From contig JBHGBL010000011.1 in the NCBI GenBank assembly GCA_041947015.1, positions 59,915-123,914 of the forward strand: DNA of 64,000 bases, in the 5' to 3' direction. The notes under the pieces are model-generated. The model was not told the DNA's origin, searched no databases, and saw only the letters and a program-made list of their open reading frames with translations. Positions within the stretch are counted from its first letter, which is position 1. Each line of letters begins with the position of its first letter. Positions 35,359 to 44,840 of this stretch are shown in pieces. The DNA is from Vicinamibacterales bacterium (GTDB taxonomy: Bacteria; Acidobacteriota; Vicinamibacteria; Vicinamibacterales; Fen-181). The position numbers and the translations under genes are program-made.

Positions 35359-36516
35359 ATGTCGCACAAGTTCGTTTTGCTGGGATCGGGCAGGCAGGCT
35401 GTTGCTGCTGGATACGACTTCGCGCGGTTTGGAGACGCATCGGAGATCGTGATGGCGGACATCGACGAAGCTGTTGCCGAGGCAGCCGCTTTGAAGATCA
35501 ACCGCCTCGCCGGCCGGGCAGTGGCTCGCGGGCAGCGGCTGGACATCCGCGACACCGCCGCGGTTGGCAGGCTGCTCGAGGGCGCTTCGGCCTGCGTGAG
35601 CGCCGTCCATTACACCTACAACGTGGCGGTAACACGGCAGGCAATCGCCAGCCGGGTTCACATGACCGACTTCGGCGGAAACACGGCGGTCGTCCGCGAG
35701 CAGCTCGGCCTTGACGAGCAAGCGAGGCGGGCAGGGGTGACGGTAGTGCCGGACTGCGGGATGGGGCCCGGCCTCAACGTGTCGCTCGCGATGCACGTCA
35801 TGTCACGAGTCGAGAAGCCGCGCCAGGTGCGAATCTGGGACGGGGGTCTGCCCCAGGATCCGGAGCCTCCGTGGAACTTCGCGCTCACCTTCGCGGTGGC
35901 CGGACTGACCAACGAGTACGACGGTGTCGCGACGTTCATCCGCGAGGGGCGGTTGACCGAGGTCCCGTGTTTCTCGGACCTGGAGGAACTCGAGTTTCCG
36001 GAGCCAGTCGGGCGCCTGGAAGCGTTCGTGACCTCCGGAGGCCTCTCGACCGCCCCTTGGACGCTGCTGGGCCGCCTGGAGCGCCTCGAGAACAAGACGC
36101 TGCGCTATCCTGGCCACGCCGCCCGGTTCAAGGCGTTTTCGGATCTCGGCCTGCTCGACCAGAGGCCCATCAAGGTGGGGGGGATCGAGGTGGCGCCGCG
36201 CGACGTCTTCCACGTCCTGCTCGAAGCTCGCCTGGGGATGAGCGAAGTGAAGGATGTGTGCGTGATGCGGGTGACCTGCACCGGAGAAGCAGGCGGCCGG
36301 CCTGCCGCTCAAACCGTTCAGCTCATCGACCGCTACGATCCGGCGACCGGGTTCATGGCCATGCAGCGCCTGACGGGGTGGCATGCATCGATCATGGCAA
36401 TCGCCGCCTGCCAGGGCCGGGTGCGGCGCGGGGTCGTGTCGGTGGAGAACGCGCTGCCTGGAAGCGAGGTGGTCGCTGACGCGCGGAAGCGCGGCATCGA
36501 GATCGTGGACCTGTAG
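35359..36516 (+). CDS. Saccharopine dehydrogenase family NAD(P)-binding oxidoreductase
   Basis: N-terminal Rossmann segment FVLLGSGRQAVAAGYDF, and length and layout typical of the Sacchrp_dh family. Confidence 0.8.
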   Translation: MSHKFVLLGSGRQAVAAGYDFARFGDASEIVMADIDEAVAEAAALKINRLAGRAVARGQRLDIRDTAAVGRLLEGASACVSAVHYTYNVAVTRQAIASRVHMTDFGGNTAVVREQLGLDEQARRAGVTVVPDCGMGPGLNVSLAMHVMSRVEKPRQVRIWDGGLPQDPEPPWNFALTFAVAGLTNEYDGVATFIREGRLTEVPCFSDLEELEFPEPVGRLEAFVTSGGLSTAPWTLLGRLERLENKTLRYPGHAARFKAFSDLGLLDQRPIKVGGIEVAPRDVFHVLLEARLGMSEVKDVCVMRVTCTGEAGGRPAAQTVQLIDRYDPATGFMAMQRLTGWHASIMAIAACQGRVRRGVVSVENALPGSEVVADARKRGIEIVDL

Positions 36517-36612
36517 GCGTGACCGGACCAGGATGACCAGGATCGAGGGGCCGGGAGGCGGCGAAGGGACCCGGGCAGAGCGCCCCAGGCGCAGCCAGGA
36601 AGCGCTCGCCGG

Positions 36613-36810
36613 TCAGCCGCCGCTCATCATGTGAATCACCTGAACGTCGGCACCGTCGGGCACCGGGGTGGTCTTGTAGGCCCTGCGCGGGACGAGCTCA
36701 CCGTCGACCGACACCGCCAGCATCCGGAAGATGTAGTTCTTCGCCTTGAGGACGTCGTCCACCGTCATGCCGTCTCTGTGCTCGAGCGGTTCGCCGTTGA
36801 CGGTGATCAC
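36613..36810 (-). CDS. ThiS/MoaD-family ubiquitin-like sulfur-carrier protein (65 aa, C-terminal GG)
   Basis: It ends ...VQVIHMMSGG then stop. It lies immediately downstream of the AOR on the same strand. Confidence 0.75.
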   Translation of the reverse strand: MITVNGEPLEHRDGMTVDDVLKAKNYIFRMLAVSVDGELVPRRAYKTTPVPDGADVQVIHMMSGG

Positions 36811-36860
36811 GGTTCTATTCTAATGGACGCCGGCAAAGGCCTGAAAGCCGACGAGGGAGA

Positions 36861-36899
36861 GCATCGGGGATCGGGAGCACGGTCCCGGATCCCCGATGC
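36861..36899 (-). other. Intercistronic stem-loop between the AOR and the MoaD/ThiS-like gene
   Basis: GCATCGGGGATC (36861-72) pairs perfectly with GATCCCCGATGC (36888-99), and there is an inner 4-bp stem. Confidence 0.5.
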
Positions 36900-36911
36900 G
36901 GGATCCCGGCC

Positions 36912-39110
36912 TCAAAGGTACTTCGAAACCACTTCGACGACCTCGGGGAAGTCGATGCGGAACCTCTCGAGCGTTTCGAGCGTGGGGATGCCGTTGGTGT
37001 TCCAGCCGCGCCGCTTGTAGACCGCGTCGCACAGCTTGCGGTAGCGGTCTTCGCGCCACTCGCGGTGGAGCGCCATCTTCTCCTCTGTGGTCTTGCCTTC
37101 CGGGTCGATTCCGATCAGTTCCTTCAGTTGCTTGTCGTAGCGTTCGGCGCGCGATTCGTACTCTTCCTTCGTCACCGGACCGACCGAACGGTAGGGCGGC
37201 CAGTCGCTCTGCCGCCCGCCGACACCCATGCGGAGGTTGAAGACGCGCTGGAAGTTGTAGACCGCTTCGGACTGCTCGATGAGCGTCTGCGGCGTCAAGT
37301 CCTTGCCGGTGATTCCCGCATAGAGCTCGAGGTAGTTCTGGACGTGCTCGGGGACCTTCGCGGCATCCTTGCCGTACTTCGCGTTGTCCTCCGGTTCGAT
37401 GTCGTTCCACGGCAGCTTGCAGAGACCCATCAGGCCGAACCAGGTCCGGAACAGGGGGAAGTAGTGGAGTGCTTCCGCCTTGTCCTCGAAGGTTGGGATC
37501 TGGTTGTTGACCATGTCCATGAAGATGAGCCACGCCTCGTCGTGCTGCGGCCCCTTGTTCGTGAGCGCGTAGCCGCCCTGCTGCGCGAGCGACTCCTTCG
37601 ACTGGTACTGCGAGTATTCGAGGCCCTTCACCTGCATGCCGATGTCGCGCATGAACTGCCTGTCGCCCCAGCCCTTCTCCGCGAAGTAGTCCTGCATGTA
37701 CTTGACGCCCTGTCCCACGATGACGCCGAAACCTTCGCCGCGGGCCATGTCGTGCAGGAGCTGCACCTGCGCCTCACCGTTGCCCCACGTGAGATCCAGC
37801 CCGCCCGTCCGCTCCTTGTTCAGTATGCCTCTCTGGTAGCACTCCATGGCGAACGCGCAGGCGGTTCCGAACGAGATGGTGTCGACGCCGTAGGTGTCGC
37901 AGTAGAAGTTGGACTCGAGGACCCAGTCGGGGTCGAAGATGCCGCAGTTCGAACCGAGCCCCGCGGCCGTCTCGTACTCTGGGCCGTCGACCGTGACCAC
38001 GTGACCCTTGTACGGGCCGGTCATCACCGTGTGCCCGTCCGCGCCCTTCGAGCACGACATGTGGCAGCCGTACCAGCAGCCATCGAAGATGCCCTGGGTG
38101 AAGCGGGCCTCCCAGACCGGCGAGGCAATCTTCGGCGTGTCGGGGTGGTTGCCGTACTGGAAGTTGTGCACGGGCAGCAGGTCGTAGGCATCCATGATCT
38201 CGACCAGGTGGGCGGTGCCGATCTTGCGCATCTTGCACTGCTGGTCGTCGAAGTCGTGGATCTCCTTCGCTATCCTCCGGCCGACCCGCGCCGTCCTCTC
38301 GAAGTTGGCTGCGTGGTTCATGTCGGCCTTGATCTTCGGGCCGTGGACTACCAGCGCCTTGAGGCCCTTGTCGCGGAATACGCGCCCTATGCCGCCGCGT
38401 CCGGCCTGCTTCAGCCGCGCCGCGCCGCGCTTCGGGTCCCACCAGGAGAAGTTCAGGCACCCGATCCGGGAGTGATCGGCGGCCCGACCTGCGGCGACCA
38501 CCGACACGTTGACCAGGTCTTTCTCGTTCTCCGCGTACTCGTGGGTGAATTGCTCGGCCGCGACGTGGCTGTCGACGTTCTCTGCCGGCGCCTGCTCGAT
38601 GGTTATCTTCTTGCGCGGGCCGTCGATGACGACTATCACGTCGCCTGCGGCCTTGCCCTGGATTTCCAGCGCGTCGAACCCGCAGAACTTCATGAGCGGG
38701 CCGAAGTAGCCGCCGACGTTGCTGTCGATCGGGATTCCGGTGAGCGGTGACAGCGTTACAACGAGCGACTTGCCGGAGCCCGCATACTGGGTATTGCCGG
38801 CGAGCGGACCCGGGCTGATGACGATCTCGTTCTCGGGGTCGTTCCACTTGGTCGCGGGCGTTATCGCGTGCCACAGGTAGTAGAGGCCGAAGCCACGGCC
38901 GCCCACGAAGATGTCCTTCATCTCTTCGGTCACGCGCTTTTCGGTGACCTTCAGATTGGTCAGGTCTACGTGGAGCGTCCGGTTCGTGTAGCCGCGCTCG
39001 GGCAGGCTGGGTTCGAAGGCCACCTCCAGCAACACTTTGTGCTCCCGCTTCTTCTCTTCGACGTCATCCGTGTACGAGGTGCGCACTCTGTAGTCGTAGG
39101 TCACCGCCAT
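36912..39110 (-). CDS. aor: Aldehyde:ferredoxin oxidoreductase family (tungsto/molybdopterin enzyme)
   Basis: N-terminal AFOR domain (GYTNRTLHVDLTN...FVGGRGFGLYYLW) and a large C-terminal AFOR domain. SD GGAGGG precedes ATG 39110. Confidence 0.9.
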   Translation of the reverse strand: MAVTYDYRVRTSYTDDVEEKKREHKVLLEVAFEPSLPERGYTNRTLHVDLTNLKVTEKRVTEEMKDIFVGGRGFGLYYLWHAITPATKWNDPENEIVISPGPLAGNTQYAGSGKSLVVTLSPLTGIPIDSNVGGYFGPLMKFCGFDALEIQGKAAGDVIVVIDGPRKKITIEQAPAENVDSHVAAEQFTHEYAENEKDLVNVSVVAAGRAADHSRIGCLNFSWWDPKRGAARLKQAGRGGIGRVFRDKGLKALVVHGPKIKADMNHAANFERTARVGRRIAKEIHDFDDQQCKMRKIGTAHLVEIMDAYDLLPVHNFQYGNHPDTPKIASPVWEARFTQGIFDGCWYGCHMSCSKGADGHTVMTGPYKGHVVTVDGPEYETAAGLGSNCGIFDPDWVLESNFYCDTYGVDTISFGTACAFAMECYQRGILNKERTGGLDLTWGNGEAQVQLLHDMARGEGFGVIVGQGVKYMQDYFAEKGWGDRQFMRDIGMQVKGLEYSQYQSKESLAQQGGYALTNKGPQHDEAWLIFMDMVNNQIPTFEDKAEALHYFPLFRTWFGLMGLCKLPWNDIEPEDNAKYGKDAAKVPEHVQNYLELYAGITGKDLTPQTLIEQSEAVYNFQRVFNLRMGVGGRQSDWPPYRSVGPVTKEEYESRAERYDKQLKELIGIDPEGKTTEEKMALHREWREDRYRKLCDAVYKRRGWNTNGIPTLETLERFRIDFPEVVEVVSKYL

Positions 39111-39439
39111 GGTGGCCCTCCAAGCAAGAACGATTGTGAAACTGTTCGGGATCGCGCAGGTGGGGCAGCCGGCGACCGACACTATCGTCTCAACAGGTGG
39201 TGACCGGCGTCAAGCGCGGGAGCGCGGCAGGGGGGCTCCACTCCGAGGGGCGGAACTGGCCGGTGCCAGGCAGGTGTCCGAGGGCCGTTCTCGCCTACAG
39301 CTCGGCAGATGGCGTAACCCCACGCGCACAGCACGCGCCGCAAACCCACCGGTGTCTCATCCGCGCGAGAAACCTGGCATTATCGCGGCCCAGCCTGCTC
39401 AGGTCCGGGCTCTCGAATCCAGCCTCGAAGCTGCTCCCG

Positions 39440-41023
39440 TCACCGTACGCGCGTTCGGCTCTGCTCGCGCATGAACTGCTGCAGGTAGTGCGGGCCGCCG
39501 GTTCCCCGTCCCGTCGACCCGCTGGCCTTCCACCCGCCGAACGAGTTGCGGCCCGGCCATGCGCCGGTCGTCGCGCCCCCGCGCCGGTTCGCGTAAGTGA
39601 CGCCTGCCTCGATTCGGTCGAAGAACTGCGCCATCTCCCGCTCATCCTCGGTGAAGATGCCGGCCGTCAGCCCGTAATCCGTCCGGTTCGCCAGCTCGAT
39701 CGCCTCGTCGAGAGTCATGACCTCGGCGAGCACTGTGATCGGAACGAAGAGCTCCTCTTCGAAGAGGCGGTGATCGCAGGGCAGCCCGTCGATCAGGGTC
39801 GGCTCGACGTAGTAGCCGTGGTTGAACGGTTCGTCGTTGATTCGCCGGCCGCCGACCAGTATCCGGCCGCCGTCGCTGCGTGCGAGGGCGACCGCCTCCT
39901 CGTACGTCTTGACGGCCGCCTCGTTGATGACGGGGCCCATCCACACGTCGCGTTGGAGCGGGTTGCCGACCTTGATCTTCTGCGTTTTCTCCACGAGCAT
40001 CTCGACGAAGCGGTCGCGGATGCTCTTCTCGACGTAGACGCGAGAGCACGCCGAGCACTTCTGACCCTGCGCGCCGAAGGCAGACCTCATCACACCGTCC
40101 GTCGCCTTGTCGAGGTCGGCTGAACGCATGACGAGCGCCGGATTCTTCCCGCCCATCTCTATCACGACTGGCCGCGGGATGCGGCGCTGCGCGTTCTCCC
40201 TGATGAGCTTCATGCCCACTTCCATGGAGCCTGTGAACACGATCCCGTCGATGCCTTCGTTGTCCAGGAGTTCCTGGCCGACGGTGCTGCCGCCGCCGGT
40301 CACGTAGTTGAAGACACCGGGCGGCAGCGCCTTCGACAGCAGCTCGTACAGCTTCAGGCCCGACCACGGCGTGTCGGTTGCCGGCTTCGATACGACGCTG
40401 TTGCCTGCGAGGATGGCTGCGCACGCAGGGCCGGCCGCAAGGGCGATCGGGAAGTTGAACGGCGCTATCACGGCCCAGACGCCGAGCGGCCTCAGCACGC
40501 TGACAGACTCCTCGGCGCCGCCCGGCTCGCCCATGGGCCGCGCGTAGCCATCGTTGGCTTCCATCTGGTCACAGTAGTAGTCGAAGAAATCCGCCACCTC
40601 CTCGACCTCGCCAACGGCCTCGAGGCGGTTCTTCCCGACTTCGTAGCCGATGACTGCCGAGATGTCCCACTGCATCCGGCGCAGCTCGCGCGTGGCCTTG
40701 CGCATCACGTCCACGCGCTCCTCCCAGGGCACCTGGCTCCACATGCCGTAGGCGTCGCGCGCCGCGGCTATCGCCTCGCGAACCTGGTCGCGCGTGCCCT
40801 TCTGGAACCTGCCCAGCAGGACGCGCGTGTCGATGGGGCTCCGGTCCTCGAACTCCGCCGGGCCCATCACCGGGCGGCCGCCGATGTACATGGGATGAGC
40901 CTGCCCGAGGACGGACTCGACCCGCTGGAGGCCCGCATCGAACTCTCGATGGAGGTCCTCCATCTGGTCGGCGGTCATCGTGGCGTAGGTGATCTTGAGG
41001 GGCGGCTTCATGTCGGTCTGCAT
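39440..41023 (-). CDS. Aldehyde dehydrogenase, 1-pyrroline-5-carboxylate dehydrogenase-like
   Basis: ALDH fold with GQKCSACSRVYV catalytic Cys context. The N-terminal region has the Thermus-type P5CDH style (HPMYIGGRPV). Confidence 0.85.
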   Translation of the reverse strand: MQTDMKPPLKITYATMTADQMEDLHREFDAGLQRVESVLGQAHPMYIGGRPVMGPAEFEDRSPIDTRVLLGRFQKGTRDQVREAIAAARDAYGMWSQVPWEERVDVMRKATRELRRMQWDISAVIGYEVGKNRLEAVGEVEEVADFFDYYCDQMEANDGYARPMGEPGGAEESVSVLRPLGVWAVIAPFNFPIALAAGPACAAILAGNSVVSKPATDTPWSGLKLYELLSKALPPGVFNYVTGGGSTVGQELLDNEGIDGIVFTGSMEVGMKLIRENAQRRIPRPVVIEMGGKNPALVMRSADLDKATDGVMRSAFGAQGQKCSACSRVYVEKSIRDRFVEMLVEKTQKIKVGNPLQRDVWMGPVINEAAVKTYEEAVALARSDGGRILVGGRRINDEPFNHGYYVEPTLIDGLPCDHRLFEEELFVPITVLAEVMTLDEAIELANRTDYGLTAGIFTEDEREMAQFFDRIEAGVTYANRRGGATTGAWPGRNSFGGWKASGSTGRGTGGPHYLQQFMREQSRTRVR

Positions 41024-41237
41024 GGCTGAGGGCCTCGCTCCGTCGCAGGGGTTCAGTTTGTCCGGATGATTCGATCATAGCATGCAGGAAATGCCTCTAC
41101 GCCGCCGTTGCCGGGCGTCCGCGCACCGGGCTGAGGCGAGCAGGCGCGGGCGGACAGGTGCCTCAGGCACAGCCGTGGTGCGGTCGCGTGCACTCCGTTG
41201 TACGATCCGGGGTGCACCTTACGAGCCAGGAGCGACC

Positions 41238-42059
41238 ATGCGCATTGCACTCGTCCAGCAGAAGGCAGGCACCGACAAGGCGGAGAACGTGGAACGCGGT
41301 CTGGCCGCCCTCGAGACCGCAGCCGGCAACGGGGCGAACCTGGTGTGCTACGCGGAGCTCGCCTTCGAGCGCTTCCACCCGCAGTACCCCGCCGGCCCGG
41401 CCTCGTGGAGGCTCGCCGAGCCCGTCCCCGGGCCGACGACGGAGGTCTTCGCCAGGGCGGCGGCAAGGAGCGGTGTGGTCGCGGTGATCAACCTCTTCGA
41501 ACGCGACGGCGAGCGTACGTTCGACTGCTCACCGGTGATCGACGCCGACGGTACCCTGCTGGGCAGAACGCGCATGGTGCACATCACCGACTACGCCTGG
41601 TTCCACGAGAAGGGCTACTACCACCCAGGCGACACCGGGGCCCCGGTCTACAGGACGAAGGCCGGTCGCGTCGGAGTCGCCATCTGCTACGACCGCCACT
41701 ACCCGGAGTACATGCGCGCGCTCGCGCTCGGGGGAGCGGAACTGGTCGTCGTGCCGCAGGCAGGCTCGGTCGGCGAGTGGCCAGATGGTCTCTACGAGGC
41801 GGAGATGAGGGTGGCCGGCTTTCAGAACGGCTACTACGTGGCACTGTGCAACAGGGTGGGCGCGGAAGACCATCTGGAATTCGCGGGAGAGTCGTTCGTC
41901 ACGGACTTCGACGGCAGGGTAGTTGCCAGGGCGCCGCGAGGAGAGGAAACGATCCTGTACGCGGACATCGAGCCGGCGAACGTCGGCTGCTCGTACGCGC
42001 GGAAGCTGTTCCTGCGCGATCGCAGGCCGGAGCTCTACGCGGCATGGTTGGGTCGTTGA
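41238..42059 (+). CDS. Carbon-nitrogen hydrolase (nitrilase superfamily amidase)
   Basis: MRIALVQQK...CYAELAF (Glu), and AICYDRHYPE (Cys) triad context. SD AGGAGCG. Confidence 0.85.
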   Translation: MRIALVQQKAGTDKAENVERGLAALETAAGNGANLVCYAELAFERFHPQYPAGPASWRLAEPVPGPTTEVFARAAARSGVVAVINLFERDGERTFDCSPVIDADGTLLGRTRMVHITDYAWFHEKGYYHPGDTGAPVYRTKAGRVGVAICYDRHYPEYMRALALGGAELVVVPQAGSVGEWPDGLYEAEMRVAGFQNGYYVALCNRVGAEDHLEFAGESFVTDFDGRVVARAPRGEETILYADIEPANVGCSYARKLFLRDRRPELYAAWLGR

Positions 42060-42075
42060 AAGCCGATCGGTCGGA

Positions 42076-43494
42076 TCACCGCTGCGTCGCCAGCGACTCC
42101 ACCATCTTTTCGAGGTAGGCTGGCGGGAACACGTCGCCGTTCTCCAGGTCGGCGCGCGCCTTTGCGAGCTCTGCCGAGACTTCCACGAAAGACCTGGGCA
42201 CAGAGAACCGCCGCGGCAGCTCCCCTTCGGTCGCGGCCGTCGCCTCCAGGACCTCTTCGAGGTCTTCGGCGTCACGGCCTCTCAGCATGGCCTGCGCCAC
42301 GCCGGCAAGGACAAGGTGCGGGTGAGCCGAACCGTCGGGGAGCCGGAATTCGACTGTCTCGGGACCCACTGGCCGGCCCTTCTCGTCGGTTGCGACGATT
42401 GGCAGGCGCACCAGGGCCTTGCGGTTGAAGCGCCCCCAGGTGATGCTCTCCGGTGCTTCCTTTGCCTGGCTGAGGCGGAGGAAGGAACTCGGCGCGCGGT
42501 TGCCGAAAGCCATGAGCGCGCCCGCGGTCGTGACGAGGCCGCCTATCAGCCACCGCGCCTCGGGAGCGATGTCGCCCGCTGCCGCGGTAACACGCTGGTG
42601 GACTCCGCCAACGACGGGTGAAAGGTGGAAGTGCATGCCGCTGCCGGCGTGGCCCTTCCGCAAGACCGGCTCGAAACTGCACCGAAGCCCTTGCTGTCGT
42701 GCCAGGTTGCGCAGCACCCACTGAGTGAGAAGCACCGAGTCGGCCGCCAGCGGCAGCGGTTGGAGCGCCAGTTCGATCTCGTGCTGCTCCCAGACGCGGG
42801 CGTCGACTTCGTCCGCGTTGATGTGGCCGCACTCGCTGTGGCCGTACTTGATCGGGACGCCGATCTCGGCCAGGAGCACCAACGCTTGGCGCCTGGTCGT
42901 CTCGCCGAAAACGAAGGGCGACGTGGCGTGGTAGCCGCGGTCTGCCGATGCGTGCAGGTCGTGCTCTTCCGGCCTGCGGCCGACGAAGTACTCGACTTCG
43001 CCGAGGGCGTGAAGGTCCACGCCCATCTCTGCTCTCAGGCGCTCCCACGCCCGCTGGACGATGGTGGTGGGCGACTGCGGCAGCGGGCGCCCATCGCGCC
43101 CATGGTGTGCCGCCAGCACGGCGAGAGTCGGGTGCGGGGAGAAAGGATCGAGGAAAGCTGTGGAGAGCCGCGGCCGGAGCACGATATCGGAAGCGCCGAC
43201 CGGGACTCCCATGCCGGGGAACACGCTCGACCCGTCGGCGCGCTCGCCCGCCGTCAGTATCTCCCGGAGGTGCTTCTCGTCGCTCGGCACGAAGTCGAGG
43301 GTCTTCAAGGTCCCGTCACCGCCCACGTGCATGAGACTGACCATGCGCACGCCAATCTGCCCGCACAGATTGACGAGGTCGTCGAGCGTCCACTCGCTCG
43401 GAAGTTTGCCGAGCAGGCGTGCCAGTCGGGACGCAGGCAGAAGCGCCGCGGTTGCGGCGACGCCGCGGGCGGCGGGTTCGGTCGAAGGCGTCAT
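42076..43494 (-). CDS. Glutamine synthetase family protein (GS-like ligase)
   Basis: KYGHSECGHIN...WEQHEIELAL and GSGMHFHLS motifs of the GS catalytic domain. Confidence 0.8.
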   Translation of the reverse strand: MTPSTEPAARGVAATAALLPASRLARLLGKLPSEWTLDDLVNLCGQIGVRMVSLMHVGGDGTLKTLDFVPSDEKHLREILTAGERADGSSVFPGMGVPVGASDIVLRPRLSTAFLDPFSPHPTLAVLAAHHGRDGRPLPQSPTTIVQRAWERLRAEMGVDLHALGEVEYFVGRRPEEHDLHASADRGYHATSPFVFGETTRRQALVLLAEIGVPIKYGHSECGHINADEVDARVWEQHEIELALQPLPLAADSVLLTQWVLRNLARQQGLRCSFEPVLRKGHAGSGMHFHLSPVVGGVHQRVTAAAGDIAPEARWLIGGLVTTAGALMAFGNRAPSSFLRLSQAKEAPESITWGRFNRKALVRLPIVATDEKGRPVGPETVEFRLPDGSAHPHLVLAGVAQAMLRGRDAEDLEEVLEATAATEGELPRRFSVPRSFVEVSAELAKARADLENGDVFPPAYLEKMVESLATQR

Positions 43495-43630
43495 CGGGAG
43501 GATTCCTGTCGGGGGACGACTGGTCGGTCGAGAGGGCTGACAGCCTGACAAATCTAACACTTTCGGGGCGCAAGAACCAAGTTGGGGCTCGATTGTCGTA
43601 TATCGTATGCCGTACATCAGGGGTTGGACG

Positions 43631-44569
43631 ATGCGATTCGCAGTAGTTGGTTCGGGTGCGGTTGGAGGGTATTACGGCGCAAGGCTCGCCAGGGCCGGCC
43701 ACGACGTCGCGTTTCTCGCCCGGGGCGCCCACCTCGCTGCCATACGCGAGCGTGGCCTGGAGATCCGCAGCCCCCTCGGTGACTTCGTAACCCGGGCGCC
43801 GGCAACGAACGACCCCACGGAAGTGGGCCCCGTTGACGTCGTGCTGTTCGCGGTGAAGGCGTACGACAATGACACGGCGCTGCCGATGCTGCCGCCACTC
43901 GTCGGCTCGCCGACCATGGTCCTGTCGCTTCAGAACGGGGTCGACAGCGTGGAGGAGCTGGCGGCTGTCGTTGGCGAGGCGGCAGTCGTGGCCGGCCCGA
44001 CCTACATAGCGACCGAGGTCCAGTCGCCAGGCCTCATCGTTCAGACAGGCACCCACCGGCGAATCGTTTTCGGCGAGGTGTTCGGCAGGCGCGAAAGGGT
44101 CAGCGACCGCGTCGCCGCTCTCCAGGCTGCCATGCTTTCCGCGGATATCCAGGCAGAGGCGGTCCCGGACGGCCGTGTGCCGCTCTGGAGCAAGTTCGCC
44201 TACCTGGCCCCATTTGCCGGTTTCACGGGCGCCGCACGGCTCCCGATAGGGCCGCTCTGGTCGCAGCCCGGTTTCAAGCCGCTGTTCCTCGCGGCAGTCT
44301 CGGAGATTGCGCAGATCGCCGCGCGCGAAGGCGTGGCTCTGGCCCCGACGCTTGCCGAGGACGTGACGCGCTACATCGACTCGATTCCCCCGTCCACCCG
44401 CTCGTCGCTCCTTATCGACCTCCAGGCCGGCAAGCGCATCGAAGTGGAGGCGCTCCCCGGGTCCGTTGTTCGGCGAGGCCGTGCCGAGGGCATCCCCACG
44501 CCGATCATGGAGGTGCTCTACGCGGTGCTCAAGCCGTACGAGAACGGGCCGGCCGGGACAGGACGATGA
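43631..44569 (+). CDS. panE: 2-dehydropantoate 2-reductase family (PanE/ApbA) oxidoreductase
   Basis: MRFAVVGSGAVGGYYGARLARAGHDV Rossmann N-terminus and a C-terminal ApbA-like region. Confidence 0.8.
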   Translation: MRFAVVGSGAVGGYYGARLARAGHDVAFLARGAHLAAIRERGLEIRSPLGDFVTRAPATNDPTEVGPVDVVLFAVKAYDNDTALPMLPPLVGSPTMVLSLQNGVDSVEELAAVVGEAAVVAGPTYIATEVQSPGLIVQTGTHRRIVFGEVFGRRERVSDRVAALQAAMLSADIQAEAVPDGRVPLWSKFAYLAPFAGFTGAARLPIGPLWSQPGFKPLFLAAVSEIAQIAAREGVALAPTLAEDVTRYIDSIPPSTRSSLLIDLQAGKRIEVEALPGSVVRRGRAEGIPTPIMEVLYAVLKPYENGPAGTGR

Positions 44570-44840
44570 ATGGACAGACCTGCAGGACAACCAGACAGGA
44601 CGATGATTGACCGGAACGGGTGTCTGAGCTAGGCTGCCGCCGCGTTGAAGCCCCCTCGTCTTTGGCCTGTCCCCGGGAGCCTGACCGGGAGACCCGTGGA
44701 CAATGCTGCTGGCCCTGCAGGCGCTGGTCGCCGGACCAGCGCGCGGCGGGGCGGCGCCGGCTTCGGCCGTCGACACGTTCAACTTTGCGGAGGCCGCCCG
44801 GTGCAGGCTCAGGACGGGCTCCGCGCCCGATTGGTGCCGA

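Noticed and set aside
39251-39268. A sigma-54-like TGGCAC (minus strand) upstream of the AOR gene.
   Set aside because: The element expected 5 nt downstream is AGTT rather than TTGC, so the -12 GC is missing. No enhancer-binding-protein gene is nearby.
39395-39430. A tRNA T-arm-like string (CTCGAATCC).
   Set aside because: There is no GTTCGAATC consensus, and no acceptor, anticodon or D-arm complementarity around it.
39111-39439. Possible Moco/Tuco riboswitch or other leader RNA in the 330-nt region upstream of the AOR gene.
   Set aside because: I could not match the sequence to the conserved Moco-motif elements from memory, and no convincing multi-stem structure stood out. It needs a cmsearch with Rfam RF01055 before any claim can be made.
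44557-44606. A 13-bp direct repeat GACAGGACGATGA at 44557 and 44594. The first copy overlaps the panE stop codon.
   Set aside because: There are only two copies of a short motif and no associated structure or gene. It could be a chance match or a small duplication. I noted it but cannot support any function.
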